From Actinomycetota bacterium (GTDB lineage: Bacteria; Actinomycetota; Coriobacteriia; Anaerosomatales; SLCP01), in assembly GCA_037446725.1 (NCBI GenBank), contig JBBIIC010000006.1, positions 424 to 64,423 of the forward strand: a stretch of 64,000 nt of DNA, written 5' to 3'. Below, one piece after another: positions 36,492-49,608 of the stretch. The first letter of the stretch is position 1; each line of letters begins with the position of its first letter. Both the position numbers and the translations under genes were made by a program. The notes below the pieces were generated by a model. The model was not told where the DNA came from. It saw only the letters and a list, made by a program, of their open reading frames with translations, and searched no databases.

Positions 36492-37679
36492 CTATCTGTC
36501 GAGCAGGGCCTCGAGGCCCGGCAGACTCGATCCTTCGAGAAGCTTCATCGAGGCGCCGCCACCGGTCGATACGAAGGTGACCCGCTCCTCCAGGCCGAAC
36601 TTCTTCAGCGCCGCTACCGAGTCACCCCCGCCGATGACCGACACGGCGCGGTTGTTGCGCGCAACGGCCGCCGCCACCTCGCGGGTCCCCGCTTCGAAGG
36701 GCTTGAGCTCGAACACGCCCATCGGCCCGTTCCAGAAGATTGTGCGCGCCCCGGCGATCGCCTCCTTGAAGAGCTCCACGCTCGTCGGCCCGATGTCGAG
36801 CCCCATCATGCCGGCCGGGATCTCCGCACGCCCGACGATGCTGGTGTCCGCGTCCTCCGCGAGGTCGGCAGCGGCGACGAAATCGACCGGCAGCAACAGG
36901 TCGACGCCGTTGCCCGTCGCCTTGTCGAGCATGGCCTTGGCCGGTTCGACCCACTCGGCCTCCACGAGGCTCCGCCCGACGTCGATCCCCTTCGCCACAA
37001 GCGGGGTGAAGCACATCCCGCCACCGATGATGAGAGTGTCGACGCACTCGAGCAGCCGGTCGATCACACCGAACTTGTCCGAGACCTTGCTGCCACCGAG
37101 GATCGCCACGAACGGCCGCTCGGGGTCGGCCAGCATCCCGGTCAGCGTCTCTACCTCACGGGCGAGCAGCAGGCCGGCATACGCGGGCAGGTACCCGGCC
37201 ACACCGGCGGTCGAGGCGTGGGCGCGATGCGCCGCGCCGAACGCGTCGTTGACGTATACGTCGCCGAGAGACGCCAGCTCGCGCGCGAAAACGGGATCGT
37301 TCGCCTTCTCACCCGGGTGGAAGCGAACGTTCTCGAGCATGAGGATCTCCCCGTCCACCATGCGGTCGACCGCTTCGTGGGCCTCCCTGCCGACGATGTC
37401 GTCGACGAAGACCACGTTGCGGCCGAGCAGCCGCTGCAGCACGCCGCGCACGGGGCGCAGCGAGTAGCGCGGGTCCGGCTCGCCCTTCGGCCGGCCCAGG
37501 TGGCTCATGATGATGACGCGCGCGCCGTGGTCGACGAGGTAGCGAAGGGTGGGCAGTGCCGCGCGCACACGCGTGTCGTCGGTGACCGAACCCTCCTGTA
37601 GCGGAACGTTGAAGTCAACGCGCACGAGCGCGCGCCTCCCGCGGACATCGGCATCTTTCACGGTCAGCTTCGCGAACAT
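36492..37679 (-). CDS. pgk: Phosphoglycerate kinase
   Basis: RVDFNVPL, SHLGRPKG and STGGGASMKLLEG motifs. Confidence 0.92.
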   Translation of the reverse strand: MFAKLTVKDADVRGRRALVRVDFNVPLQEGSVTDDTRVRAALPTLRYLVDHGARVIIMSHLGRPKGEPDPRYSLRPVRGVLQRLLGRNVVFVDDIVGREAHEAVDRMVDGEILMLENVRFHPGEKANDPVFARELASLGDVYVNDAFGAAHRAHASTAGVAGYLPAYAGLLLAREVETLTGMLADPERPFVAILGGSKVSDKFGVIDRLLECVDTLIIGGGMCFTPLVAKGIDVGRSLVEAEWVEPAKAMLDKATGNGVDLLLPVDFVAAADLAEDADTSIVGRAEIPAGMMGLDIGPTSVELFKEAIAGARTIFWNGPMGVFELKPFEAGTREVAAAVARNNRAVSVIGGGDSVAALKKFGLEERVTFVSTGGGASMKLLEGSSLPGLEALLDR

Positions 37680-37745
37680 ACACCCTCCCTGCGCACGGCC
37701 GCCGGGAGCCCGGGATGCGGCCGCCGGCGGGCCAGACGGAGCGGA

Positions 37746-39789
<2,044 letters not shown>

Positions 39790-40761
39790 CTACGCGACCA
39801 GCCTCCCGAGGACGCGACGCAGTTTGTGATACGAGTGGTGACGATGGTCGGCGGGGTCGACGACGTCCGCTGCGACCACGCGCACCCCCATCGCCTCGAT
39901 GCGCGCGATGACAACCGGCCCCGCCTCGACGGCCTCGACCGGTTCGTCCCTATCTTCCCACATCACGCAGCGGCCGGGGTGCGCCGGCGAGCACTCCGGC
40001 TCGTGGACCACGACGACGTCGAGCGCCCCTTCCAGCCCGTGATCGAGCAGCGCCTGCACGTGATCGGCCGCGTCCATGCCATTCGTCTCGCCTCGCATGT
40101 TCGCGACGTTGCACACGTAGACGCGCCGGGCAGAGGTCTGCCGGAGCGCTTCGGAGATTCCGGGCACGAGCAGGTTGGGCACGACGCTCGTGAAGAGACT
40201 GCCCGGGCCCATCACCACGGCCGACGCGCCGAGCACCTCGTCGACGGCCGGAGCATACGCGGTCGGGTCGCGCGGCTCGAGACGCACGTGGGTCACCGGC
40301 CCGTCGCTCACCGCGATGCGTGCCTGGCCCGACACGGGCTCCCCGAGCGCGTCGGTCGCGTGCAGCCACACGTCATCCAGGGTGGACGGGAGCACCCTGC
40401 CACGAGCGCCAAGCAGTCGTCCTGCCTCCTCGATGGCCTCTGGGAACCCCCCGGTGATGTCGGACAGAGCGGCGATCACGAGGTTGCCGAGCGCGTGGCC
40501 GGCGAGCCCCTCGCCGTGCGGGAAGCGGTACTGGAAGAGTCGCCCGAGGACACTGTCGGCGTCTGAGAGGGCCACCAGGCAGTTGCGTACATCACCCGGT
40601 GGCAACATGCCGAGTTCGCGCCGAAGCAACCCGGACGACCCGCCGTCGTCTGCCATGGTGACGACGGCGGACGTCTCGAAACCAAGCTCGACGAGACAGC
40701 GCAAGACGTTCGGCAGGCCGGTGCCGCCGCCGACCGCGACCGCGCTGCGCATCTCGCTCAC
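39790..40761 (-). CDS. yvcK: Gluconeogenesis factor YvcK (CofD-like, UPF0052)
   Basis: VAVGGGTGLPNVLRCL, TMADDGGSSG and GPGSLFTSVVPNLLV motifs. Confidence 0.88.
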   Translation of the reverse strand: MSEMRSAVAVGGGTGLPNVLRCLVELGFETSAVVTMADDGGSSGLLRRELGMLPPGDVRNCLVALSDADSVLGRLFQYRFPHGEGLAGHALGNLVIAALSDITGGFPEAIEEAGRLLGARGRVLPSTLDDVWLHATDALGEPVSGQARIAVSDGPVTHVRLEPRDPTAYAPAVDEVLGASAVVMGPGSLFTSVVPNLLVPGISEALRQTSARRVYVCNVANMRGETNGMDAADHVQALLDHGLEGALDVVVVHEPECSPAHPGRCVMWEDRDEPVEAVEAGPVVIARIEAMGVRVVAADVVDPADHRHHSYHKLRRVLGRLVA

Positions 40762-41705
40762 CGGGCCTCACGGTCCTTCCCGATGTCCCGGTGACTTACC
40801 GCGACACGGAATCCGTGGGTGGACAGGAAGCGGGCCGTCTCCTCCGCCAGCGCGACGCTGCGGTGCATGCCGCCGGTGCACCCCAGTGCGATGACGAGGT
40901 GGGTCTTTCCCTCCATGAGGTAGCTCGGCACGAGGAGCTCGAGGAGGTCGAACCACTTCGCAAGGAACTCACCGGCCTCCTCGCGCTCGAGCACGAACCT
41001 GCGGACGGGGTCCTCGAGTCCGGTTCGTCCGCGCAGCGCCGGGATGTAATAGGGGTTGGGCAGGAAACGGACGTCCATCACGATGTCGGCGTCGGTCGGC
41101 AGCCCGTACTTGAAACCGAAAGAGACAATGGTCACCGCGAGCGAGTCCGCGAGACTGCCGGTGAAGAACCTCTCACGAATGGTCGTGCGCAGCTCGGCCG
41201 GCTTGAGCTCGGTCGTGTCGATGATCAGGTCGGCCCGTTCGCGGATGTCCTCGAGCGCCTGACGCTCTGCGGCGATCGCGTCGACCACCGAGTCGCCCTC
41301 CGCACACAGCGGGTGCAAACGACGGGTCTCCTTGAACCTTCGGACGAGTGCCTCGTCGTCCGCCTCCAGGAAGAGCAGGTGGTACGGGACACCGGCGGCC
41401 TCGAGGTCGCGAAGCTCGCCCTGGAGCTCCTCGAAGAACTCCTTGGCGCGCACGTCGCAAACGACAGCGATACGCGCGATCCGGCTGCCGGGGAGCCGCG
41501 TCAGATCGACGAGCTGCCGGATGAAGGCGGGAGGCAGGTTGTCGATGCAGAAGTAGCCGAGGTCTTCGAAGGTGTGGATCGCCTCGCTGCGCCCCGCTCC
41601 GGACATACCCGTGATGACGACGAGCTCTTTCTCGGCGGTGGTGCCGCCACGGGCACCCTCGGTTTCTGCGGTATCGGCGCACTCCTCGCGCTTCTCGGAC
41701 ATCAA
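40758..41705 (-). CDS. rapZ: RNase adapter / nucleotide-binding protein RapZ (YvcJ)
   Basis: Walker A GMSGAGRS, plus FLEADDEALVRRF and GCTGGMHRSV motifs. Confidence 0.9.
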   Translation of the reverse strand: MMSEKREECADTAETEGARGGTTAEKELVVITGMSGAGRSEAIHTFEDLGYFCIDNLPPAFIRQLVDLTRLPGSRIARIAVVCDVRAKEFFEELQGELRDLEAAGVPYHLLFLEADDEALVRRFKETRRLHPLCAEGDSVVDAIAAERQALEDIRERADLIIDTTELKPAELRTTIRERFFTGSLADSLAVTIVSFGFKYGLPTDADIVMDVRFLPNPYYIPALRGRTGLEDPVRRFVLEREEAGEFLAKWFDLLELLVPSYLMEGKTHLVIALGCTGGMHRSVALAEETARFLSTHGFRVAVSHRDIGKDREAR

Positions 41706-41725
41706 CGCCTCCTTGCCGGTCGAGG

Positions 41726-42073
41726 TCAGTCCTTGTCGATGGCCTTCGAGATGAGTGACGTCACCACCGAGATGATGATCGCCGCGAGCACGGTGCGGAA
41801 GAAGCCGACCGTGTCCACCCCGGGCACGATCCAGCTGACGAGATAGGGCATGAGCGCGTTGACCACGAGCGAGAACAGTCCGAGGGTGATCACCGTGATC
41901 GGCAGGGTGAGCAGCTTGACCACCGGCTTCACCAGGGCGTTGACGACGCCGAGCACGAGGGCCGCCCAGAGCGCCGCGACTGGACCATCCACCTGGAGTA
42001 GGCCGCCGTCGGAAAGGTAGTAGACGCCGAAGATGACGACGGCGGACATGACGAGCCTCAGCACGAACTTCAC
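41726..42073 (-). CDS. DUF360 / phage-holin-4_2-family small membrane protein
   Basis: 115 aa with 4 TM helices and NALVKPVVKLLTLPITVITLGLF. Confidence 0.65.
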   Translation of the reverse strand: MKFVLRLVMSAVVIFGVYYLSDGGLLQVDGPVAALWAALVLGVVNALVKPVVKLLTLPITVITLGLFSLVVNALMPYLVSWIVPGVDTVGFFRTVLAAIIISVVTSLISKAIDKD

Positions 42074-42133
42074 GGCTGCCCCTTCCCTACGGTCGCGTGC
42101 CCGGTGACGAGAGTATACCCGCGAGACGGCGTG

Positions 42134-44011
42134 CTAGCTGCCGTGCTCGCCCGCCTGACGCAAGACCGCCGCGACCTCCTCGGCGACCTCACGCGGCACG
42201 CCGGGGACCGCGGCGATGGCGTCCACGTCGGCCTCACGCAACCGCTTGACCGAACCGAACGCCCTGAGCAGCAACTTCTTGCGCCCGGGTCCGACCCCGG
42301 GGATGTCGTCGAGCGCGCTCGCGGTCATGGCCTTGCCGCGGAGCTCCCGGTGGTATGTGATGGCGAAGCGGTGCGCCTCGTCCCTGACACGTTTGATCAG
42401 GTAGAGCGATGCCGAGCCCGCGGGGAGCGTGACCGGTTCGTCCCACCCCGGCAACCACAACTCCTCCTCGCGCTTCGCAAGGGCCGCGAGCGGCACCTCA
42501 CCCGCGCCGACCTCCACGAGCGCCGCGCGCGCGGCCGAAAGCTGAGGTCTCCCTCCGTCGACGATCAGCAGATCGGGCCGGGAGGCCGCGAATCGCTCGT
42601 CCGATTCACGCGTGGCGGCAAACCGGCGGCGCAGCACCTCGGCCATCATCGCGACGTCGTTGGAGTGCCCCTCGTCCATGCGCACGCGGAACCGGCGATA
42701 GGCAGACGTATCCGGTCTACCGTTCGTGAAAACGACCATCGAACCGACGGAGTGGCGCCCGTGCAGGGTGGAGATGTCGAAGCACTCGATGCGAAACGGG
42801 CTGCGGGGAAGCGCGAGTGCGCTCTCGAGCTCGAGAAGCGCCGTGTTCAGACGCTCGTCATCGTAGCGTGTGCGTACTTTGTGCCGCATGAGCGTGTGGC
42901 GTGCGTTGAGCTCGGCCATCTCGAGCAACCTGCGCTTCTCGCCGCGCCTGGGGATGACGAGCCGCACCCTCGAGCCACGCAGACCGCCGAGCCACTCCTC
43001 GACAGCCTCCGCGCTCTCGGGCAGCTCCTCCACGATCACCTCTCGCGGAACATGACCGGCCTCATCGTAGTAGCGCAGGAGGAACCCCTCGACGAGCTCG
43101 GCGATGGGCACATCGAGGCCTTTGTCGAGCACGAACTCGTTCCCGATGAGTACTCGCCCTTCCCGCACGACGAAGACGTGCACCCCTGCGATGGTCTCCT
43201 CGCGGTGAAAGCCGATGACGTCGATGTCGAGCGGCCGGTTGGAGACCACCGTCTGGCGCTGCTCGATCCGGCGTATCGCATCGAGCCGGTTCCTGAACCG
43301 GGCGGCGCGCTCGTAGTCCAGGTCCGCGGCGGCCGCGCGCATGCGCGCCTCGAGTTCCTCGGCCACTCCCCGGTGCCGGCCTTGCAGGAACGAGATCACC
43401 TTGGCGACGTTCTCTGCGTAGCACTCGCGGGTGACCGCACCCACGCACGGCCCCGGGCCTTTGCCGACGTTGTAGTCGAAGCAGGCCTTGCCGCTCGGTG
43501 CCCCGCCTTTGGCGTTGACGCGTTTCCACTCGACGCACTGCGCGCTGCAGATGGGGTAGATGCGGCGCACCACGTCGACGGTCTCGCGGGCGGCCCGGGC
43601 GTCGGTGTACGGACCGAAGTACCGCGTGCCCTGCCGGTGGCGCTCGCGGGTGAACTTGATCGCCGGGAACGGATCGCCCGTGGTGACCGCGATGAAGGGG
43701 TAAGACTTGTCGTCCCGGTAGTCGACGTTGTAAGGCGGGTTGAACTGGCGTATGAGGTTCTTCTCGAGGATGAGGCTCTCGACCTCGTTCTCCGTGACCA
43801 CGTAGTCGAACGATCCGACCTGCGCCATCATCAGCGGGACCTTCTCGCGGTCGTCCTGGCCCGAAACGTACTGACGCATCCGCTTTCGTAGCGACTTGGC
43901 TTTGCCGACGTAGAGGACGCGGCCGCCCTCCTCTTCTTTCCAGAGGTAGACGCCGGGCTCGTCGGGGACCCCGGTGACCTGTTCTGCGAGTGTCGGTCGA
44001 TCCTCGGCCAT
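42134..44011 (-). CDS. uvrC: Excinuclease ABC subunit C
   Basis: GIY-YIG N-terminus (PGVYLWKEE...VLYVGKAKSLRKR), UvrBC domain and C-terminal HhH. Confidence 0.92.
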   Translation of the reverse strand: MAEDRPTLAEQVTGVPDEPGVYLWKEEEGGRVLYVGKAKSLRKRMRQYVSGQDDREKVPLMMAQVGSFDYVVTENEVESLILEKNLIRQFNPPYNVDYRDDKSYPFIAVTTGDPFPAIKFTRERHRQGTRYFGPYTDARAARETVDVVRRIYPICSAQCVEWKRVNAKGGAPSGKACFDYNVGKGPGPCVGAVTRECYAENVAKVISFLQGRHRGVAEELEARMRAAAADLDYERAARFRNRLDAIRRIEQRQTVVSNRPLDIDVIGFHREETIAGVHVFVVREGRVLIGNEFVLDKGLDVPIAELVEGFLLRYYDEAGHVPREVIVEELPESAEAVEEWLGGLRGSRVRLVIPRRGEKRRLLEMAELNARHTLMRHKVRTRYDDERLNTALLELESALALPRSPFRIECFDISTLHGRHSVGSMVVFTNGRPDTSAYRRFRVRMDEGHSNDVAMMAEVLRRRFAATRESDERFAASRPDLLIVDGGRPQLSAARAALVEVGAGEVPLAALAKREEELWLPGWDEPVTLPAGSASLYLIKRVRDEAHRFAITYHRELRGKAMTASALDDIPGVGPGRKKLLLRAFGSVKRLREADVDAIAAVPGVPREVAEEVAAVLRQAGEHGS

Positions 44012-44014
44012 GCT

Positions 44015-45388
44015 TCACTCCGCCGTGAAGAACGCCTGAACGCGGCCGCATCGTACCGCGTCGACCACCGCGGCCCGCCGCGCGGAGAACGCCCATCCGA
44101 GGACCGAGGCGTCCGTGAGTGCTACCGTGCCATCGTCGCCGGCGAGCCAGTACGTACTACCGTCGGCACGCCGGAAGGCCTGCCATGCCCCGGGAGCAGC
44201 CGTCTGGCCCCCCGCGGGTGTCGACCAGCCGAGCGCCGGTGGCGTCCCGGTCCGCGCGTGGAGTCGCAACACGACGGCGGGCAGTTCCGTGCCGCCTGCC
44301 GAGAGGCCCGATCCCACATCCCGGTCGGGCATGCGCTCGAAAGCGCGCACCTCGACCGCGTCGCGTGGCGCGTCATCGCTGTCCGCCGCGGCCAGCACCG
44401 CGTCCGACGGCGCGCCCGGCTCGAGCGGCGTCTCGGCGACCCGCCGCGCGAGGTCCGCGCATCCCCTGAGCATACCTGGCGCACTTCGCACAGCATCCAG
44501 CGCCTCCGCGCAGATAACCAGGGCCCTGAGCCGGGCGACCGCATCCCGGTCACCGCTGCCGGCCAGTGCCTCGGCCTCGGCGAGCAGGCTCTCTGTTCCG
44601 CCGGCCGCAGACGCGCCGATCGCGGCGCCGAGTCGCTCCACGTAGCGGGTGACCACGGACTCGCCGGGTCCCGGCGCGGCAACCGGCGGCGCGGAGCGGC
44701 GCGCCGCCGCCGCGGCACCGGACAGCGGCCCTTCGTCTCCAAGAAGGCCGGCCGCGCGGTTCTTCGCATCCAGGTAGCCGCCGGCAAGGTCAACGTCGAT
44801 CGCGACGGCACCGGCCGGAAGGGCCATCGCGCCTTCCGGCGCCGCGCCGACCAGCGATTGCGCGACGGCGAGCTCAGGCGCGGGGACGACGCGGGCGACG
44901 TCCCCGGAGACCTCGGCAGGCCCGGTCTCATCCCCAAACCGAGCGATGTAGCGCGGATCGACGGCCGATCTCAAGGCCGCGGGGTCGTCGGCGTCCACCG
45001 CGGCACGCGCATCGGTACCCGCGGCGCGCAGCTCGATGAGCGGACGGGTGTCAGTGAAGAGCTGGACGACGTATTGCTCGGCGTCGGGGAAAGCCTCAGC
45101 AAGCGCCGCGAAGCCTGCCTGCCAGGCGATCTCGACGTCAGGGGCCGAGGTGATGGCCGGGACGTCAAGCCGCAGCACCGCGGTGCCCTCGGCAACACCG
45201 ACCACCGCACGCTCGATGCCTGCGAGCCGGACCACCCGTAGCACCGTCTCCTCGGGACCCGAGGGCTCGAGCGGCCCTCCCGCGTCAGTCAGAGCGTGGA
45301 AGACCAGCGTCCCTGCGAGCACCGCTCCGAGAGCCATGGCTGCGAGCCAGACCGGGCGGGGCAGAGATATGCCGCGGGGAGCGCTCAC
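44015..45388 (-). CDS. Hypothetical Ala-rich membrane-anchored protein
   Basis: 457 aa with an N-terminal TM ([19 protein letters not shown]). GTG start at 45388 overlaps the uvrA stop (GTGA), and its stop lies 3 nt before the uvrC start. I recognise no family. Confidence 0.5.
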   Translation of the reverse strand: MSAPRGISLPRPVWLAAMALGAVLAGTLVFHALTDAGGPLEPSGPEETVLRVVRLAGIERAVVGVAEGTAVLRLDVPAITSAPDVEIAWQAGFAALAEAFPDAEQYVVQLFTDTRPLIELRAAGTDARAAVDADDPAALRSAVDPRYIARFGDETGPAEVSGDVARVVPAPELAVAQSLVGAAPEGAMALPAGAVAIDVDLAGGYLDAKNRAAGLLGDEGPLSGAAAAARRSAPPVAAPGPGESVVTRYVERLGAAIGASAAGGTESLLAEAEALAGSGDRDAVARLRALVICAEALDAVRSAPGMLRGCADLARRVAETPLEPGAPSDAVLAAADSDDAPRDAVEVRAFERMPDRDVGSGLSAGGTELPAVVLRLHARTGTPPALGWSTPAGGQTAAPGAWQAFRRADGSTYWLAGDDGTVALTDASVLGWAFSARRAAVVDAVRCGRVQAFFTAE

Positions 45389-48252
45389 GACCGAGTGGAT
45401 GATGCGACGCGGTCGGGGTCGACGGTAGCCGCGCGGCCTTCGAGCACCGGGCGCAGGAAACGCCCCGTGTGGGAGTGTCCGCAGCGCGCGATCTCCTCCG
45501 GCGTACCGGTCGCCACGATCTCGCCACCGGCGTCCCCGCCCTCCGGTCCCAGGTCGATGATGAAGTCCGCGCTCTTGATGACGTCAAGGTTGTGCTCGAT
45601 CACGAGCACGGTGTTGCCGCTGTCCACGAGCCGCGTCAGCACGATCAGGAGCTGCCGGACGTCGTCGAAGTGCAGGCCGGTGGTGGGCTCATCGAGGATG
45701 TAGAACGTGCGGCCGGTCGAACGCCGCTGCAGCTCGCTCGCGAGCTTGACGCGTTGCGCCTCACCACCCGAGAGCGTGGTCGCGGGCTGGCCGAGCCGCA
45801 GGTAACCCAGCCCGACGTCGTAGAGGGTCTGGAGCTTGCGCCTGATCGGGGGGATATTCTCGAAGAAGTGGAGCGCCTCTTCTACGGTCATGTCGAGGAT
45901 GTTGCTCACCGTCTTGCCCTTGTAGGTGACCTGGAGCGTCTCCCGGTTGTACCGCGCTCCTTTGCACACCTCGCACGGCACGTACACGTCGGGCAGGAAG
46001 TGCATCTCGATCTTGATCTGGCCGTCGCCTTTACACGCCTCGCAGCGGCCGCCTTTCACGTTGAACGAGAAGCGGCCCGGGGCATAGCCGCGAGCCTTCG
46101 ACTCGGGGGTGGACGCGAAGAGCGAGCGGACATCGTCCCACACACCGGTGTAGGTGGCCGGGTTCGAGCGCGGCGTTCGCCCGATGGGCGACTGGTCGAT
46201 GTCGATGACCTTGTCGATGGCCTCGAGCCCGGTCAACGAGCGGTGGCGCCCGGTGCGTTTGCGTGCGCGGTGGACCTTGTTCGCGAGCGCGGGCGCAAGC
46301 GTGTCCGTGACGAGTGAGGACTTACCCGAGCCCGACACGCCGGTCACCAGGATGAGAGAGCCGAGCGGCAGCTCGACGTCTATGTCCTTGAGGTTGTGCT
46401 CGCTCGCGCCGGTGAGGACGATGGCACCGCGTTCCGGCGTGCGACGCTCTTCGGGACGGGGTATCTCCCTGCGGCCGGACAGATAGGCCGCGGTGAGCGA
46501 GTTCTCACACGACAGCATCTCCTCCGGAGGACCGGCACACACGATGTGGCCTCCGTGCTCCCCGGCCCCCGGGCCCATGTCCACCACGAAGTCCGATGCG
46601 CGGATGGTCTCCTCGTCGTGCTCGACGACGATGACGGTGTTGCCGAGGTCCCGCAGCCGCTCCATCGTCGCGATCAGGCGGGCGTTGTCTCGCTGGTGCA
46701 GGCCGATCGACGGCTCGTCGAGGATGTAGAGCACCCCCATGAGCCCCGAACCGATCTGCGTCGCAAGCCGGATGCGCTGCGCCTCCCCTCCCGAGAGGGT
46801 GGCGGTTGCGCGCTCGAGCGTTAGGTAGTCGAGCCCCACGTCGACGAGGAAGCGAAGCCGCTCGACGATCTCCTTGATGACCCGCCTGGCAATGTGCTCC
46901 TCCCGCTCGGTGAGCTCGACGCCCTCGAAGAACGCGAGCGAGGCCTTCGCGCTCATCACCGTGACCTCGTGGATGTTCTTCCCGCCGAAGGTGACGGCGA
47001 GGATCTCAGGCTTGAGACGGGTTCCTCCGCACGCCTTGCACGGGATGACCGCCATGTACTCCTCGAGCTTGTCCCTGACCGCCTCGGACTCACTCTCCTC
47101 GAAGCGCCGCATCACGCTGGCCAGTGCGCCTTCGTACCGGGAGAACCAGTGCGTCTCCCGGCCGTCACGCGTGAGATAGTCAATCCGGATGCGCTCTTCG
47201 CCCAGCCCTTGCATGAGCGCGGTGCGCGCGGGCTCCGGCAGCTCGTCCCACGCGATATCGGTCGGGATGCCGAGGTGCTTGGCGGCCGCGCTCAGCAGCT
47301 GAGGGTAGTAGTTGGTGCCGCTCGCGAACGGCTTGATCGCGCCCTCGTTGAGCGAGAGCGACCCGTCCGGTACGACGAGGTCCGGGTCCACCTCGAGCCG
47401 CGAACCGAGACCCGCGCACTCCGGGCATGCGCCGTACGGCGCGTTGAACGAAAAGTCACGAGGAGCGAGCTCGTCCATCGACACACCGTGGACCGGGCAC
47501 GCGAGCGCCTGCGAGAAGGAGAGCTCCTCGCCATCGACCACCGAGACCAGCACGGTGCCTCCGGCGAGCCGCAGCGCTGTTTCCACGCTGTCTGCAAGGC
47601 GCGTGCGGATACCGTCCTTCATGACGAGCCGGTCGACCACGACCTCGATGTCGTGCTTGTACTTCTTGTCGAGCACGATGTTCTCGTCGAGCGTGCGCAT
47701 CTCGGTGTCGACGCGTACGCGCGCGAAGCCCTCGCGGCGCAGGTCCTCGAAGAGCTTGCCGTGCTCTCCCTTCCGACCCTTCACCACCGGCGCAAGGACC
47801 TGGAACTTCGTGCCCTCCGAAAGCTCGAGGATGCGGTCGACGATCTGGTCGGGGGTCTGACGTTCGATGGGCCTGCCGCACACCGGGCAGTGCGGGATCC
47901 CGACCCGGGCGAACAACAGACGCAGGTAGTCGTAGATCTCGGTGACGGTGCCCACGGTCGAACGCGGATTGCGCGAAGTGGTCTTCTGGTCGATGGATAC
48001 CGCGGGCGAGAGCCCTTCGATGTGGTCGACGTCGGGCTTGCTCATCTGCCCGAGGAACTGCCGCGCGTACGCGGAGAGCGACTCGACGTAGCGACGCTGG
48101 CCCTCCGCGTAGATGGTGTCGAACGCGAGCGAGGACTTCCCGGAACCGGACAGGCCGGTGATCACGACGAGCTGGTCGCGCGGGATATCGAGATCGAAGC
48201 CCTTGAGGTTGTGCTCGCGGGCGCCGCGGATCGAGATGGATTCGAGAGACAC
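45385..48252 (-). CDS. uvrA: Excinuclease ABC subunit A
   Basis: [10 protein letters not shown], two ABC modules ([18 protein letters not shown]) and zinc-finger Cys pairs. GTG start at 48252 (GGAAGG RBS) is preferred. The longest ORF starts with TTG at 48294. Confidence 0.9.
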   Translation of the reverse strand: MSLESISIRGAREHNLKGFDLDIPRDQLVVITGLSGSGKSSLAFDTIYAEGQRRYVESLSAYARQFLGQMSKPDVDHIEGLSPAVSIDQKTTSRNPRSTVGTVTEIYDYLRLLFARVGIPHCPVCGRPIERQTPDQIVDRILELSEGTKFQVLAPVVKGRKGEHGKLFEDLRREGFARVRVDTEMRTLDENIVLDKKYKHDIEVVVDRLVMKDGIRTRLADSVETALRLAGGTVLVSVVDGEELSFSQALACPVHGVSMDELAPRDFSFNAPYGACPECAGLGSRLEVDPDLVVPDGSLSLNEGAIKPFASGTNYYPQLLSAAAKHLGIPTDIAWDELPEPARTALMQGLGEERIRIDYLTRDGRETHWFSRYEGALASVMRRFEESESEAVRDKLEEYMAVIPCKACGGTRLKPEILAVTFGGKNIHEVTVMSAKASLAFFEGVELTEREEHIARRVIKEIVERLRFLVDVGLDYLTLERATATLSGGEAQRIRLATQIGSGLMGVLYILDEPSIGLHQRDNARLIATMERLRDLGNTVIVVEHDEETIRASDFVVDMGPGAGEHGGHIVCAGPPEEMLSCENSLTAAYLSGRREIPRPEERRTPERGAIVLTGASEHNLKDIDVELPLGSLILVTGVSGSGKSSLVTDTLAPALANKVHRARKRTGRHRSLTGLEAIDKVIDIDQSPIGRTPRSNPATYTGVWDDVRSLFASTPESKARGYAPGRFSFNVKGGRCEACKGDGQIKIEMHFLPDVYVPCEVCKGARYNRETLQVTYKGKTVSNILDMTVEEALHFFENIPPIRRKLQTLYDVGLGYLRLGQPATTLSGGEAQRVKLASELQRRSTGRTFYILDEPTTGLHFDDVRQLLIVLTRLVDSGNTVLVIEHNLDVIKSADFIIDLGPEGGDAGGEIVATGTPEEIARCGHSHTGRFLRPVLEGRAATVDPDRVASSTRS

Positions 48253-48300
48253 TGGACGGACCTTCCTGAGGGCGAAGACGGCGTTTCCGGCCAAGTTTCT

Positions 48301-48306
48301 ATTGTA
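48301..48306 (-). promoter_or_regulatory. TACAAT -10 box upstream of uvrA
   Basis: The minus strand reads GGCGGGTACAATAGAAACTTGG, about 45 nt upstream of the preferred GTG start. Confidence 0.35.
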
Positions 48307-48356
48307 CCCGCCTCGACCAGAGGGCGCAGGATAGCCAGGTGCCCCGCGTCGTCCGA

Positions 48357-49331
48357 CTAGCCGAGCACTATGGCCAGGGTTGCAGCCTGCAGGGATCCGA
48401 CGTGCGCCGCGACTCTCGTGAGGAATGCGATGGCACCACTGAGCACCGTCAGGGCATGTGCGTCATCGCGCGATGCGAACGGAGAGTCCACCGGAAGCCG
48501 GGCGATGTGCAACTTGGAACCACTCGACGCGCCGTAGGATTCCCAGACAACCGTGTCGTCGTCGATCGCCGGAGCATACGCGCACCTTGCGCCCGACACC
48601 AATGTTGCGGAGACGCCGGTGGCAAGGTCGAGGGCGCATATCTCTCCGAGCGATTCACCCCAGCGGGCGTACACGACGGTATCGCCGTCGAAATCGGGGA
48701 ACTCGGTCCGATGCGGGGAGTCGAGGATGGTCTCCTGCTCGGCGCTGCGCAGATCAAGGAGGTGGAGGTTGCCGCCACTGTCGTGAACGGCTCTGCCGTC
48801 GCACAGTGCAGCCACGGTGCCGGACTCGACCTCGATGAGCGTGCCTTGGTAGCCAGTCCGGAGGTTCTTGTACATCAGGAGACTGTCGAAGACGGACTCA
48901 CGCGTCCAGACGACGTCATCACCCCAGATGGATGGGGCGCAGTCTCGGTGACCCTCGGTCAGTGACTGCTTCTCCAGTGTCCGGAGATCACACAGCACTA
49001 TGACGCTTCCGTCGTGCCGCCATTCCTGCCACACGACGTAACGATCGTAGATGTCAGGCATGTCCGCGCTGACGTTCGGATCCGAGAGCATCCGGACACG
49101 GCCGGTATCAAGCTCCTCGAGCCACACCGAATGCACTCCGGCTTCGGAGCGCACGTAGACCATACGGTTGCCGTGGATCGCGGGCTTGAGGACGAAATGC
49201 GCTGCTTCGATCGTGCGATCGGTCCTGAGCGGCAGCGCGAACGCCGACGTCGCATGTGAGATGAGGATCGCGAAGGCACACAACAGCACTGCCGCGATCC
49301 CAACGGGCGTATGCAGTGACTTCGTGTTCAT
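48357..49331 (-). CDS. Secreted beta-propeller-like repeat protein with a C-terminal TM anchor
   Basis: ATG 49331 with an AAGGAG RBS. Signal peptide [32 protein letters not shown]. Recurrent D..VVW / D.VVY strand motifs and a hydrophobic C-terminus. Confidence 0.6.
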   Translation of the reverse strand: MNTKSLHTPVGIAAVLLCAFAILISHATSAFALPLRTDRTIEAAHFVLKPAIHGNRMVYVRSEAGVHSVWLEELDTGRVRMLSDPNVSADMPDIYDRYVVWQEWRHDGSVIVLCDLRTLEKQSLTEGHRDCAPSIWGDDVVWTRESVFDSLLMYKNLRTGYQGTLIEVESGTVAALCDGRAVHDSGGNLHLLDLRSAEQETILDSPHRTEFPDFDGDTVVYARWGESLGEICALDLATGVSATLVSGARCAYAPAIDDDTVVWESYGASSGSKLHIARLPVDSPFASRDDAHALTVLSGAIAFLTRVAAHVGSLQAATLAIVLG

Positions 49332-49518
49332 CGAGCTCCTTGTGACCCGAGCGCATCGTGCGCGCACCCGCGAAGAAGACCCCCGCGTGTGATGACGCTC
49401 ACAGTAAGCCAGTATAGCTGTCGGCATGCCCCAGGCCCCCCTTGAGCATCCTGGCCCCCGGTTCCGCTCAGCCGACGATCCAGTCCGCGCCAAGGCCCCG
49501 ATTCTCTCGTCTCTCGAT

Positions 49519-49546
49519 GTTCACTCCCCCGCAACACCGCCGAAAC
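49519..49546 (+). promoter_or_regulatory. Phased 5-nt boxes GTTCAC-n6-GCAAC-n6-GAAAC upstream of amt (GlnR-box-like)
   Basis: Three boxes with 11-bp periodicity, 63-90 nt upstream of the amt ATG. They resemble the actinobacterial GlnR consensus gTnAc-n6-GaAAc. Confidence 0.35.
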
Positions 49547-49608
49547 ATGGGGCGCCCACCATCGTCTGCAAGCCGCACGGCGGCACGTCGTCACGGAAGG
49601 GAGTGGCA

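Noticed and set aside
49455-49470. Possible -24/-12 element AGGCCCCCCTTGAGCA upstream of amt
   Set aside because: GG-N10-GC spacing is present but the flanking consensus is poor (GAGC instead of TTGC, CCC instead of CAC). Such matches are expected by chance in GC-rich DNA. The GlnR-like phased boxes are a better candidate.
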